In this document: in pieces, positions 9,849 to 18,592 of the stretch
Numbering within the stretch: position 1 is the first letter of the stretch
Layout of the letters: each line of letters begins with the position of its first letter
From: Balneolaceae bacterium
GTDB lineage: Bacteria > Bacteroidota > Rhodothermia > Balneolales > Balneolaceae
Direction of reading: 5' to 3'
Assembly (NCBI GenBank): GCA_017795005.1
Contig: CP051242.1
Span: 1,634,976 to 1,698,975, forward strand
Length of the DNA: 64,000 nt
Notes under the pieces: generated by a model
What the model was told of the DNA's origin: nothing
The model's input: only the letters and a program-made list of their open reading frames with translations
Databases searched by the model: none
Program-made: the position numbers and the translations under genes

Positions 9849-9851
9849 AAT

Positions 9852-10739
9852 TCACTCATTTAAATCCATTGGTCTGGCGACCATAATTCCGGTGTTTTTT
9901 GAATTCGGTTTCAGAAAAGAAGAAATCGGTTCGTCCGAGATTTCGACTTTCAGATTAGATTGCGAAGCATGGAGTAAATGAAATTTTCCATTCTGCTCGA
10001 CTAAAATTCCAACATGAGCTACATCAAGACCATTAATACTTGTAGTTAGTCCGATTATGTCACCTTCCTTTAAGAGATGTTCAAATTCACCTATTTTTTC
10101 CTTTGGGATGTAATAATAATTATTGCTGTTAATCTCAGTTTCTTGTTCACTAATTACAGAAATGTATTCCGGATTTTGCTTCAGGTGTTTGTAACTATCC
10201 GGGTTGGACGACATGAAGCTTACTTTATTAGGAAAAGGATCTCCAAAGCTATCGGCTGGTGTACTTACCAACTCATTATCTCTATTGTTATAAATCCAAT
10301 CACTGAAATAATGCAAGCGGGAAGGATATTCATTTAGTTTACCATCCCGATATCTTATCTTTTTAATCTCTGATGCAAACTGTTCAAAGGTTTGATTCTC
10401 TGATTTTAAGGTTCGGGCGAGAGCTAACAGGTTTTCAGCATAGGTTGTACAATCAAGTTCCCTCAAATTGATTATTAATTCCTCCTCATCCGTCACTTCC
10501 AGAGTATGTGCTACATATTCATTACCCAAAAAATATTTACCTATTTCGGGAATAAGGGTAGCAATAGGTTTTTGTGATTCATTTTTAAACTGAGAAAGTA
10601 TATCAGCGAAAATCTGAGCATCTTTTTCTGTATAAGAAATTTCTGATAACTGTAATGGTTGGTCAGCCTCTTTGTCTTGTGCAATTGAGTGCTGTGCAAG
10701 ACAAATAAATATCAAAAAATAACTAACGAAGTTTTTCAT
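9852..10739 (-). CDS. DUF1460 / amidase-like secreted protein
   Basis: 295 aa with a signal peptide and an LDCTTYAENLLALAR motif. Confidence 0.65.
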   Translation of the reverse strand: MKNFVSYFLIFICLAQHSIAQDKEADQPLQLSEISYTEKDAQIFADILSQFKNESQKPIATLIPEIGKYFLGNEYVAHTLEVTDEEELIINLRELDCTTYAENLLALARTLKSENQTFEQFASEIKKIRYRDGKLNEYPSRLHYFSDWIYNNRDNELVSTPADSFGDPFPNKVSFMSSNPDSYKHLKQNPEYISVISEQETEINSNNYYYIPKEKIGEFEHLLKEGDIIGLTTSINGLDVAHVGILVEQNGKFHLLHASQSNLKVEISDEPISSFLKPNSKNTGIMVARPMDLNE

Positions 10740-10744
10740 AATAC

Positions 10745-12091
10745 TCAGAGAATAGATTTAATTTTCTCGGCAAAGGCTTCTGCAGCATCTAACGTACGTC
10801 CTTCGGTATAAATTCTGATAATCGGTTCAGTATTTGATTTTCTAAGATGAACCCATCCCTCTTCGAAGTCAATTTTAACTCCGTCAATGGTATTGGGATT
10901 TAAATTTGCATAGGTTTTCTTCACCAATTCCAATACATCATCGGCATCTTTCCCAAGCTCATCTAGCTGAATTTTGCTTTTGCTCATATAAAAATTACTG
11001 AACTCAGATCTGAACTGAGATGAGGAAATTTTTTTCTCGGCAAGATGTTGAACAACACAAGCAATGCCTACCAAAGCATCTCTGCCGTAGTGCAAATCTG
11101 GAACAATAATTCCACCACTACCTTCTCCACCAACAACAGCGTTAACTTCCTGCATTTTCTTAACAACATTAATTTCGCCAACAGCCGATCGGTAACATTT
11201 TTGGCCATATTTTTCACTTACTTCTTCAGCTATCCTTGATGAAGAGAGATTAGTGGCCGTTGCACCCGGTTTTTTGCTTAGTATAAAATCAAAGACTGAA
11301 GCCTGACTATATTCTTCACCAAATAAAGTACCTGTATCATCCACGAGTGCAAGTCTGTCTGCATCAGGATCGGTAACCACACCCAAATCAGCATTAGTAT
11401 CTTTGACTAACTCACAAATTTCAGTGAGGTGTTCCGGTAATGGTTCCGGATTATGTGGGAATAACCCATTTGGAGTGCAATGGATTTTATGAACTGTTTC
11501 AACTCCAAGTTTTTCAAGAAGGGCAGGAACAGCAAGAGATCCAGCTCCATTAACAGCATCTACTGCAACAGATAACTTAGCTTCTTTAATAATTTCAGGA
11601 TCTATGTATTCTAAATTCAGAATTTCCTGAATATGATAATCCAAAAGAGTCTCATCATTGCATGAAACACCAATTTGATCGTAGGCTTTATAATCAAATT
11701 TTCCGCTTTCTGAAACAGCAATCATTTCTTTGCCTTGTACGGCGTCCATAAATTCACTGGTCGAATTTAGTAGTTTTAATGCATTCCATTGTGCAGGATT
11801 ATGACTTGCAGAAATGATAATTCCACCGGCAGCTTTATATTTTAATACTCCCATTGCAACCGTTGGGGTAGGAACAATTCCAACACGAACTACGTCGCAC
11901 CCAACACTCATTAAAGTAGAAGCGACTATATCTTCACAAATCTGACCTGTTACTCTTGAGTCGCGCCCTAAAACTACCGTTCCTCCGTTTAACCAGGTTC
12001 CGTAAGCAGCGGTAAATCGTGCAAGATTTTCGGGAGTAAGATCCGTTCCAAAAATGCCTCGTATACCTGACACTGAGATCATTAAAGCCAT
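10745..12091 (-). CDS. glmM: phosphoglucosamine mutase (phosphohexomutase family)
   Basis: 448 aa. Active-site ISASHNP and the DPDADR Mg-binding loop. Confidence 0.85.
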   Translation of the reverse strand: MALMISVSGIRGIFGTDLTPENLARFTAAYGTWLNGGTVVLGRDSRVTGQICEDIVASTLMSVGCDVVRVGIVPTPTVAMGVLKYKAAGGIIISASHNPAQWNALKLLNSTSEFMDAVQGKEMIAVSESGKFDYKAYDQIGVSCNDETLLDYHIQEILNLEYIDPEIIKEAKLSVAVDAVNGAGSLAVPALLEKLGVETVHKIHCTPNGLFPHNPEPLPEHLTEICELVKDTNADLGVVTDPDADRLALVDDTGTLFGEEYSQASVFDFILSKKPGATATNLSSSRIAEEVSEKYGQKCYRSAVGEINVVKKMQEVNAVVGGEGSGGIIVPDLHYGRDALVGIACVVQHLAEKKISSSQFRSEFSNFYMSKSKIQLDELGKDADDVLELVKKTYANLNPNTIDGVKIDFEEGWVHLRKSNTEPIIRIYTEGRTLDAAEAFAEKIKSIL

Positions 12092-12092
12092 C

Positions 12093-13991
12093 TTAATTTC
12101 CTATTCGTTGATTTTTTACTAGTTCTAATTGTTGTCTCCAACTCTGAAGTCCTCTGAAATTGGGATTTGTTCTTAAACCTTCATCTGCTATTTCAATTGC
12201 TTTTTCAAGCTGATTTAAATTGTAGTAAGCGCCAGAAAGATTATATAGCATTTGAGGATCATTCGGTAATGCTCTGCGTGAAGCTTCAAGATATTCAATA
12301 GCTTTTTGAGCATTTCCTTTTTGGATTTGAATGGACCCCAACATTTTGTTGATATAAGCATCATCAGCGTTAATTTCATGTGCTTCAAGAAGAAATTGTT
12401 CAGCAGCTAAATAATTTCCCCTGGCAATAAAAATTCGGGATATGAATACATAAGGGGAATCATTCCAAGGTTGGTTTCTTATCAAACCCATGTATTCAAG
12501 TATAGCTTCTTCCTGTTGACCGGTTTGTTCAAAATGATCAGCTAGCTCTACTTTTGCTTTATCCCACTGCAAATTATAATGAACCGTTCTGAAAGCCAAA
12601 CTGTCTGCCTTATTTATACTTTTGTAATTTCTGAAATAAGGTTCAGGTTTTTCACCTAGCACGAAGGGAAAACTTTGTTTTAGAGTTTCAACTCTATGCC
12701 AGGCAACACGATGATCAAATTCAGAGAAAAACATTCTGTTTTTGTAATAATCCGGTTCATGTATAGCTTCAAGGTTCATTGATTCAAGAAGTGATGCCGC
12801 AAATGTTTTGCCAATTAAAAAGTATCCTTGCTGATTAGGATGTAGGTGTTCGAGCATCAAATCAAATCCAATGATTCCATTTTCAGAGTTTCTGATCAAC
12901 TCCTCATGTGAGGGTACATATACTGCATTATCAAAATCATCAGCAGTAGTTTTTATTATATTATTTATTTCTGAAGGAGCTCTGAATTTTAATCCATCTA
13001 AATCTTTTGCATAGATAAACTGTTCAAAAGCCTGATCAAAGTTTTGATTTTGATAGGATTCAGTAGCCCGATTAAATACGTCTAACGCTGCAGGTTGTTC
13101 ACCTTCGGTAATATTTACAAAAGGTTTATGATCTTTCAGGTTGCTTGCCAAACTCCCCAGATAAACTGGAATTCCTTCTTTTTCAAATTCCGATACAATC
13201 GATTGAATATTACTTTCAAATTGAATCATTGCCAATTCGTACTGTGGACTCCCAAGTTCAATCGATCTTGAATTTACAATACGCTCCATCAACGTAGCAT
13301 TTTGGTCTAATTTTTCACCTGAGAATTTTTCAGCAAACCATTTACCGGAGTCAACAATTAAGGTTCGGATCAGCATGAAAGTTTTAAAGCGCTGCAGTTT
13401 CAAGTAGAAACGGACAAAACCAGGGAATGCGCCAAGATTTTCATTCGATCCAACTCCCAGAGCTCCATAAAATTCATTATGTCCAGCATATATCATGATG
13501 GCGTCTGGTTCCTGTTTAATGATTTCATCAACCTGATCAAACAGGGTATAAGAGCTAATTGCTGAAATTCCGACATTAACAACTTCAACTTCGCGATCAG
13601 GCATGGCATCTTGTAATACATCTTTTACTACTCGCGAATATGTTCCATTAAATCCGTATGGATATCCCGCAGCACTGGAGCCACCCATGGCAAAAACACG
13701 ATAGCCATTCTCTGGTTTTTCTTTGAGGAAAACATCAATGGATGGATTTGGGACAGTACGGGTGTAAAAGAAATATCGGGCCGCAAAATTTTGATTTGGT
13801 ATCAGATATTCAGCCTGAGGGATATTAGTTTCAACAAATAAATTAGTATCACCCTTATAATTTACCCCCCTTAAAATAACTTCTAATACTATAAAGAATA
13901 GCAAAGGGATAGAAAAAGTGATTGCATAAAATGCAATTTTCTTTTCTTTTGAGAGAGGTTTTTTATTTGCGGATTTAGGTTTCTTAGCCAT
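12093..13991 (-). CDS. membrane-anchored SGNH/GDSL-like hydrolase fused to TPR repeats
   Basis: 632 aa with an N-terminal TM segment, a GGSSAAGYPYG block and C-terminal TPR-like repeats. Confidence 0.6.
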   Translation of the reverse strand: MAKKPKSANKKPLSKEKKIAFYAITFSIPLLFFIVLEVILRGVNYKGDTNLFVETNIPQAEYLIPNQNFAARYFFYTRTVPNPSIDVFLKEKPENGYRVFAMGGSSAAGYPYGFNGTYSRVVKDVLQDAMPDREVEVVNVGISAISSYTLFDQVDEIIKQEPDAIMIYAGHNEFYGALGVGSNENLGAFPGFVRFYLKLQRFKTFMLIRTLIVDSGKWFAEKFSGEKLDQNATLMERIVNSRSIELGSPQYELAMIQFESNIQSIVSEFEKEGIPVYLGSLASNLKDHKPFVNITEGEQPAALDVFNRATESYQNQNFDQAFEQFIYAKDLDGLKFRAPSEINNIIKTTADDFDNAVYVPSHEELIRNSENGIIGFDLMLEHLHPNQQGYFLIGKTFAASLLESMNLEAIHEPDYYKNRMFFSEFDHRVAWHRVETLKQSFPFVLGEKPEPYFRNYKSINKADSLAFRTVHYNLQWDKAKVELADHFEQTGQQEEAILEYMGLIRNQPWNDSPYVFISRIFIARGNYLAAEQFLLEAHEINADDAYINKMLGSIQIQKGNAQKAIEYLEASRRALPNDPQMLYNLSGAYYNLNQLEKAIEIADEGLRTNPNFRGLQSWRQQLELVKNQRIGN

Positions 13992-13994
13992 TAA

Positions 13995-14540
13995 TTACTT
14001 TGTTGGAATCCACGGGGTTTCTTCCGTTCCGGAAATATGGTTTTCATATCTGCCCAGAACAAACAGAAAATCTGATAATCTATTTAAATATGTAATGGAT
14101 TCTGGCGAAAGATATTCTTCATCAGCACATTCGACTGCAAGTCTTTCTGCTCGTCTGCATACGGTTCTCGAAAAATGAATAATAGATCCAGCTTTAGTAC
14201 CTCCTGGAAGAATGAAATTTTTTAGAGGCGGAAGTTCTTCTTCCATTGTATCAATACTTTGCTCAAGGAACTCGATTTCATGATTCGAAATTCGGTTAAT
14301 TCGGGTTTCTTTAGAAAAGGGTGTGGCTAGATCTGCTCCCAGTACAAATAGCTGTTCCTGTACTTTCTTCAGCAGATCATCGGCTTTATTAGAATGATTT
14401 TCAGATAAAATCATACCTAACACAGAATTTAGTTCATCCACAGTTCCATAAGCGGCAATACGTTTAGAGCTTTTGGATACCGTTTGTCCACCATATAGCG
14501 AAGTGCTACCTGAGTCGCCTTTTTTTGTGTATATCTTCAT
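13995..14540 (-). CDS. cob(I)yrinic acid a,c-diamide adenosyltransferase, PduO type
   Basis: 181 aa with the characteristic MKIYTKKGDSGSTSL N-terminus. Confidence 0.88.
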   Translation of the reverse strand: MKIYTKKGDSGSTSLYGGQTVSKSSKRIAAYGTVDELNSVLGMILSENHSNKADDLLKKVQEQLFVLGADLATPFSKETRINRISNHEIEFLEQSIDTMEEELPPLKNFILPGGTKAGSIIHFSRTVCRRAERLAVECADEEYLSPESITYLNRLSDFLFVLGRYENHISGTEETPWIPTK

Positions 14541-14673
14541 AAATTTTTTTTCAAAAATAGGTGTTTACAAGGACATATTCTGTGGATTCCTGAAGAGTTT
14601 TAGTGGAATTATTTACATCCTTTTTGAGCAAACAAAAAAATATCCCGTTACTATCGTTCATTAAAATCAGCCT

Positions 14674-15423
14674 ATGAAAAAACTTCTACTCTATATAATT
14701 CTGTATGCCTCTTTTACAGTGAGTGACCTCAAATCTCAGGAAATTAGTAACGGGTATGAAGTCATAAATGCTATGTACTCCAAATATGAAGGGAAATGGT
14801 ATAAGCATCTTACTTTTACACAAAAGACTACTTTTTACGGGCAGGATGGGTCTGTTGCCAGAACACAGGATTGGTATGAGGCACTCACTTTACCTGGAAA
14901 ACTTGCTATTAGATTTGATACAGAGGACAGCAACAATGGAATTTTATTCAATAATGGAATTCAATATGGGTACGCAAACGGACAAATGATTCAGGAAGCC
15001 GAGCGAACGCATGAATTATTGGTGCTAGGTTTTGATGTATATCATCAAACACCTGATATTACTGCTACTCAATTATCCGGAAGGGGATTCGATCTGGAGA
15101 AGATATACGAAGATGAATGGGAGGGAAGGCCGGTTTATGTAATCGGAGTAAGTGAACCTGATACAACGCAAGCTCAGTTTTGGGTAGATAAAGAACGCCT
15201 CTATTTTGTGCGGAATTTTACAGTAGGAAGGCAAAATACCATTCAGGAAGTTCAATTCAATAAGTATGAGCGACTTGGACAGGGGTGGATCGCTCCGGAG
15301 GTTATTTTTAAAGCAAATGGCTTTATGGGATTGCTGGAAGAATACACTCAGATTCTAATTCCAGATACTTTAAATCAGGAAATTTTTAATCCGGTGGTAT
15401 TTCCTGAAGTTGAGTGGGACTAG
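14674..15423 (+). CDS. hypothetical secreted protein
   Basis: 249 aa with a signal peptide. No confident family; possibly a LolA-like fold. Confidence 0.55.
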   Translation: MKKLLLYIILYASFTVSDLKSQEISNGYEVINAMYSKYEGKWYKHLTFTQKTTFYGQDGSVARTQDWYEALTLPGKLAIRFDTEDSNNGILFNNGIQYGYANGQMIQEAERTHELLVLGFDVYHQTPDITATQLSGRGFDLEKIYEDEWEGRPVYVIGVSEPDTTQAQFWVDKERLYFVRNFTVGRQNTIQEVQFNKYERLGQGWIAPEVIFKANGFMGLLEEYTQILIPDTLNQEIFNPVVFPEVEWD

Positions 15424-15451
15424 GAATAAAACGAAGTCTTTTAATAATATC

Positions 15452-15516
15452 GAGATTCCTGACTTCGCAGGAATAACAATTAAAAAGTAGTCATCCCCGG
15501 GCGAATGCAGGGGATC
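15452..15516. repeat. palindromic intergenic repeat, GTCAT family
   Basis: GAGATTCCTGACTTCGCAGGAATAAC plus GTCATCCCCGGGCGAATGCAGGGGATCC. Confidence 0.65.
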
Positions 15517-15531
15517 CAGAGTTTTGAAAAA

Positions 15532-16491
15532 TCAGGCAGAACAACTTCCCCCACCTAGTACACAGAACTGTGCACAATAAGGGTGATTTAAATACACTCT
15601 TTGAAAAGACTCCTGTAGTGTTTTCCCGAGTATGAAATTCTCATCATATGCAATAAGTGTGCAGGGCAAAACAACGGGGTGATCATCCCCTTTTCGTTTT
15701 ACTACCATGCGTTCATGTGCACACATCTGATTATCAGGATGAACATTCAGAATATCCCAGCAAGCAGTGGTAATTTCAGGGACATCTTTTTCGGTAGACA
15801 TTTCCGGAAACAGAACAATATTATCACCATTCGAAAGATCTAAATCGATAGCGTGTTCATTCATCAAATTCTGATATCCAGCCAAAGCATCATTGGTGGA
15901 TTCATTGAAGAGGGAACGTCCTGCCACACTAATGTTTAATCCCATATCAAACATGGTCTTCATTGTCATTAATGTTCGATGAAAAGTTTTGGGACCTCGT
16001 TCCTGTTCGTGTGCTTCGGGTGTATAATGATCCAGTGATATTCGAAATCTGAGTTTATCCGGGAAAGCTCGATTCATCTCATCCAACACAGCGAAGTGTT
16101 TATCAATAGCACGGTAGGCGTTTGTTAAGATGAGGACGTTAAAGCCTCTGTCCAGACAAAGAGAAAGAATGGGTATCATCTCTTTATTGAGGAATGGTTC
16201 ACCACCAGTAAAAGAAATATTTTCCGTTCCAAGTTCGAGTTGTTCAATCTTGTCAAGGTAGGATTTTACTTCTTCAAAAGTGATATATGACAGTTCATCA
16301 TTAGTAGGAGAGGATTCGATGTAGCAGTGCTCACAAGCGAGATTACAACGGGTTCCGGTATTAAACCAAAGGGTTTCAAGTTTAACCAGATCAATATAAG
16401 CCCGATCTTCTCCTTTGCCTGTAATCTTTTCATCAATAAACTTTCCTTTATCATGAAAGTTTTTGTTGATCTCTAATTCGCGTAATAACAT
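15532..16491 (-). CDS. radical SAM protein with Cys-rich C-terminal domain
   Basis: 319 aa. CNLACEHCY (CxxxCxxC) motif and a C-terminal CAQFCVLGGGSCSA. It is reminiscent of ArsS/DUF3641-type enzymes but clearly divergent. Confidence 0.8.
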   Translation of the reverse strand: MLLRELEINKNFHDKGKFIDEKITGKGEDRAYIDLVKLETLWFNTGTRCNLACEHCYIESSPTNDELSYITFEEVKSYLDKIEQLELGTENISFTGGEPFLNKEMIPILSLCLDRGFNVLILTNAYRAIDKHFAVLDEMNRAFPDKLRFRISLDHYTPEAHEQERGPKTFHRTLMTMKTMFDMGLNISVAGRSLFNESTNDALAGYQNLMNEHAIDLDLSNGDNIVLFPEMSTEKDVPEITTACWDILNVHPDNQMCAHERMVVKRKGDDHPVVLPCTLIAYDENFILGKTLQESFQRVYLNHPYCAQFCVLGGGSCSA

Positions 16492-16538
16492 TAGTGCCCT
16501 AAATAGTTTGAAATAATATTATTCCATGATAATAAGAA

Positions 16539-17165
16539 TCAGGCGCTAACTGAAATATAACTTTTGTCTAACATCTCATACCGAATAGAGAGATGTTCAA
16601 AAGAGGATAATTCTTCAATACATTCCTGAATCATATTAATAGGGCAAGCATATATTTTTTTGACGGATTCTAAGTACTCTGATTTCTGTTCTTTCAATTG
16701 AAAATTTAATTCCAGTTTTTGGATGAGATTTTCCTGAGGATAGGGATATTGTACTTCAACTAATTGAACCTGAATGATTTTCTGAAATGACGTCTCGGAT
16801 ATACACAATTCAGCAGCCCCACCATATGCCTGGATGAGTCCTGACTTTCCTAGTTTGGTTCCTCCGAAATAACGTACCACAACTATTCCGGCATTGATCA
16901 AATCTGCAGATTTAAGTTGATTCAGAATTGGTAAACCGGCTGTTCCTGATGGTTCGCCATCATCGCTACTGAATTCAACAACAGATACAGGATTAATTCT
17001 ATAGGCATAACAATGATGCGAAGCGTCTGAATACTCTTTTTTTATTTCATCAAGTTTATTTCGGAATTCGGCTTCATCTTCACAATAAAAAAGATAAGCA
17101 ATGAATTTAGAGCCCAATTCCCGTAATGAAGCTTCAGTATTTTTGTTAATTGTTTTGAAACTCAT
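16539..17165 (-). CDS. yigZ: YigZ / IMPACT family protein
   Basis: 208 aa with SHHCYAYR and DDGEPSGTAG motifs. Confidence 0.85.
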   Translation of the reverse strand: MSFKTINKNTEASLRELGSKFIAYLFYCEDEAEFRNKLDEIKKEYSDASHHCYAYRINPVSVVEFSSDDGEPSGTAGLPILNQLKSADLINAGIVVVRYFGGTKLGKSGLIQAYGGAAELCISETSFQKIIQVQLVEVQYPYPQENLIQKLELNFQLKEQKSEYLESVKKIYACPINMIQECIEELSSFEHLSIRYEMLDKSYISVSA

Positions 17166-17187
17166 TCTAAAATATAGCCATTTACTG

Positions 17188-17266
17188 ACCTCCCCTCTAT
17201 CCCCTCCTTAACAAGGAGGGGAGGATCTACACCAGTGTTTAAAATTTGTTCGAAAATAGGGGAGGT
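17188..17266. repeat. nested hairpin repeat, CCCCTCC/GGAGGGG family
   Basis: Outer 9-bp inverted repeat ACCTCCCCT (17188-17196) vs AGGGGAGGT (17258-17266). Inner hairpin CCCCTCCTTAACAAGGAGGGG. Confidence 0.75.
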
Positions 17267-17439
17267 AAAAAATAAAGAAAAGCAAAATTCAGTCTTATTT
17301 AGAGCTGTTCTACCTTGCCATTAGTACCCGAAAAACCGATTTTCTGTTCCGCATTTTAGGAATTAAAAAGTTTCAAAAAAAAATGAAACTTCATACAATT
17401 CAGACGTGTTAAGCACAATAAATCAAACTAACGAAATTA

Positions 17440-18138
17440 ATGCCTTCACTTAAACAAGCTCTAAGTTCTCAGGTAGGTCGTAAGATTATGACCGGAATTA
17501 CCGGGATTGGGTTGATGCTCTTTTTGATTGGTCACCTTGGTGGTAATCTCACAATTTTTGGAACAGCAGATGCCTTCAATATCTACACCAAAACATTAAT
17601 GGATCTTGGTCCACTTCTGTATGTAATTGAAGCCGGGCTCGCTTTCTTCTTTTTATATCATACCGTTTTGGGAGTTTCTATCTGGTTGGGAAGAAGAAAA
17701 GCACGACCCCAGGGATACGATACTTACAAAACAAAAGGCGGTACTAGTCACCAAAGCCTGGCATCCAGAAGTATGATTATTTCAGGATCGGTTATGTTCA
17801 TTTTTCTTATTCTTCATATCATTCACTTCAAATTTGGTGCTGATTACACAACCATGATAGATGGAGAGCAAGCCCGTGATCTGAGAAAGCTTGTAATTGA
17901 AGAATTCCAAAAAACCTGGGTAGTAATTGGTTACGTGTTTGTATTGGTGTTAGCAATCTTACATTTATCTCATGGATTCTGGAGTGCTTTTACTTCTTTA
18001 GGGATGAAACACGGCGAGACTTCGAAGAAAGTTCAACTAGCTGCTTATGCCTTCGGAATTATTTTGATGCTTGGGTTTATCTTCATCCCGGTTTATATCT
18101 ATATCACCGGTGGCGAAGGTTCATTAATTAGTTATTAG
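17440..18138 (+). CDS. sdhC: succinate dehydrogenase cytochrome b subunit (b558 type)
   Basis: 232 aa polytopic protein with conserved His residues. It lies upstream of sdhA/sdhB. Confidence 0.85.
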   Translation: MPSLKQALSSQVGRKIMTGITGIGLMLFLIGHLGGNLTIFGTADAFNIYTKTLMDLGPLLYVIEAGLAFFFLYHTVLGVSIWLGRRKARPQGYDTYKTKGGTSHQSLASRSMIISGSVMFIFLILHIIHFKFGADYTTMIDGEQARDLRKLVIEEFQKTWVVIGYVFVLVLAILHLSHGFWSAFTSLGMKHGETSKKVQLAAYAFGIILMLGFIFIPVYIYITGGEGSLISY

Positions 18139-18141
18139 ATT

Positions 18142-18558
18142 ATGCCACTAATTCACAAAAGCACAAAAGAGTATGATGAAATCCCAGCCAATTTAAATAG
18201 TATTGGCAAGGAAATCGTTGATTTTGCTTATCAAGTGCATAAAGAATTAGGACCAGGATTGCTAGAAAGAATATATGAAGTATGTTTAGCTCATGAGTTG
18301 ACTAAACGTGGTCTTTCAGTTGAAAGACAAGTACCAATATCAATTCAATATGACAATATTGAATTTGATGAAGGATTCAGAATTGATTTACTCGTTGAAA
18401 ATGAGATCGTCTGTGAATTAAAAGCGGTAGATCAAATGAATCCAGTGTGGAAAGCTCAGGTATTGAGTCATCTTAAATTGATGAACAAAAGACTGGGATA
18501 CCTTATTAATTTTAACGTAATAAATATCGGAAGAGGCACAAAGAGAATAGTAAATTAG
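18142..18558 (+). CDS. GxxExxY protein (PD-(D/E)XK-like fold family)
   Basis: 138 aa. [10 protein letters not shown] (GxxExxY) motif and D-x-ELK ([15 protein letters not shown]). Bounded by an inverted repeat (18155-18169 vs 18568-18582). Confidence 0.85.
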   Translation: MPLIHKSTKEYDEIPANLNSIGKEIVDFAYQVHKELGPGLLERIYEVCLAHELTKRGLSVERQVPISIQYDNIEFDEGFRIDLLVENEIVCELKAVDQMNPVWKAQVLSHLKLMNKRLGYLINFNVINIGRGTKRIVN

Positions 18559-18592
18559 CTTTGTGTTTTTGTGCTTTCGTGGCAAAAATTCT

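Noticed and set aside
15500-15534. TGA stop of the radical SAM gene as a possible selenocysteine codon (ArsS relatives can carry Sec near the C-terminus)
   Set aside because: A Cys already occupies the expected position (GGGSCSA). Read-through would run straight into GTCAT repeat sequence with no plausible protein continuation, and no SECIS-like hairpin directly follows apart from the repeat itself.
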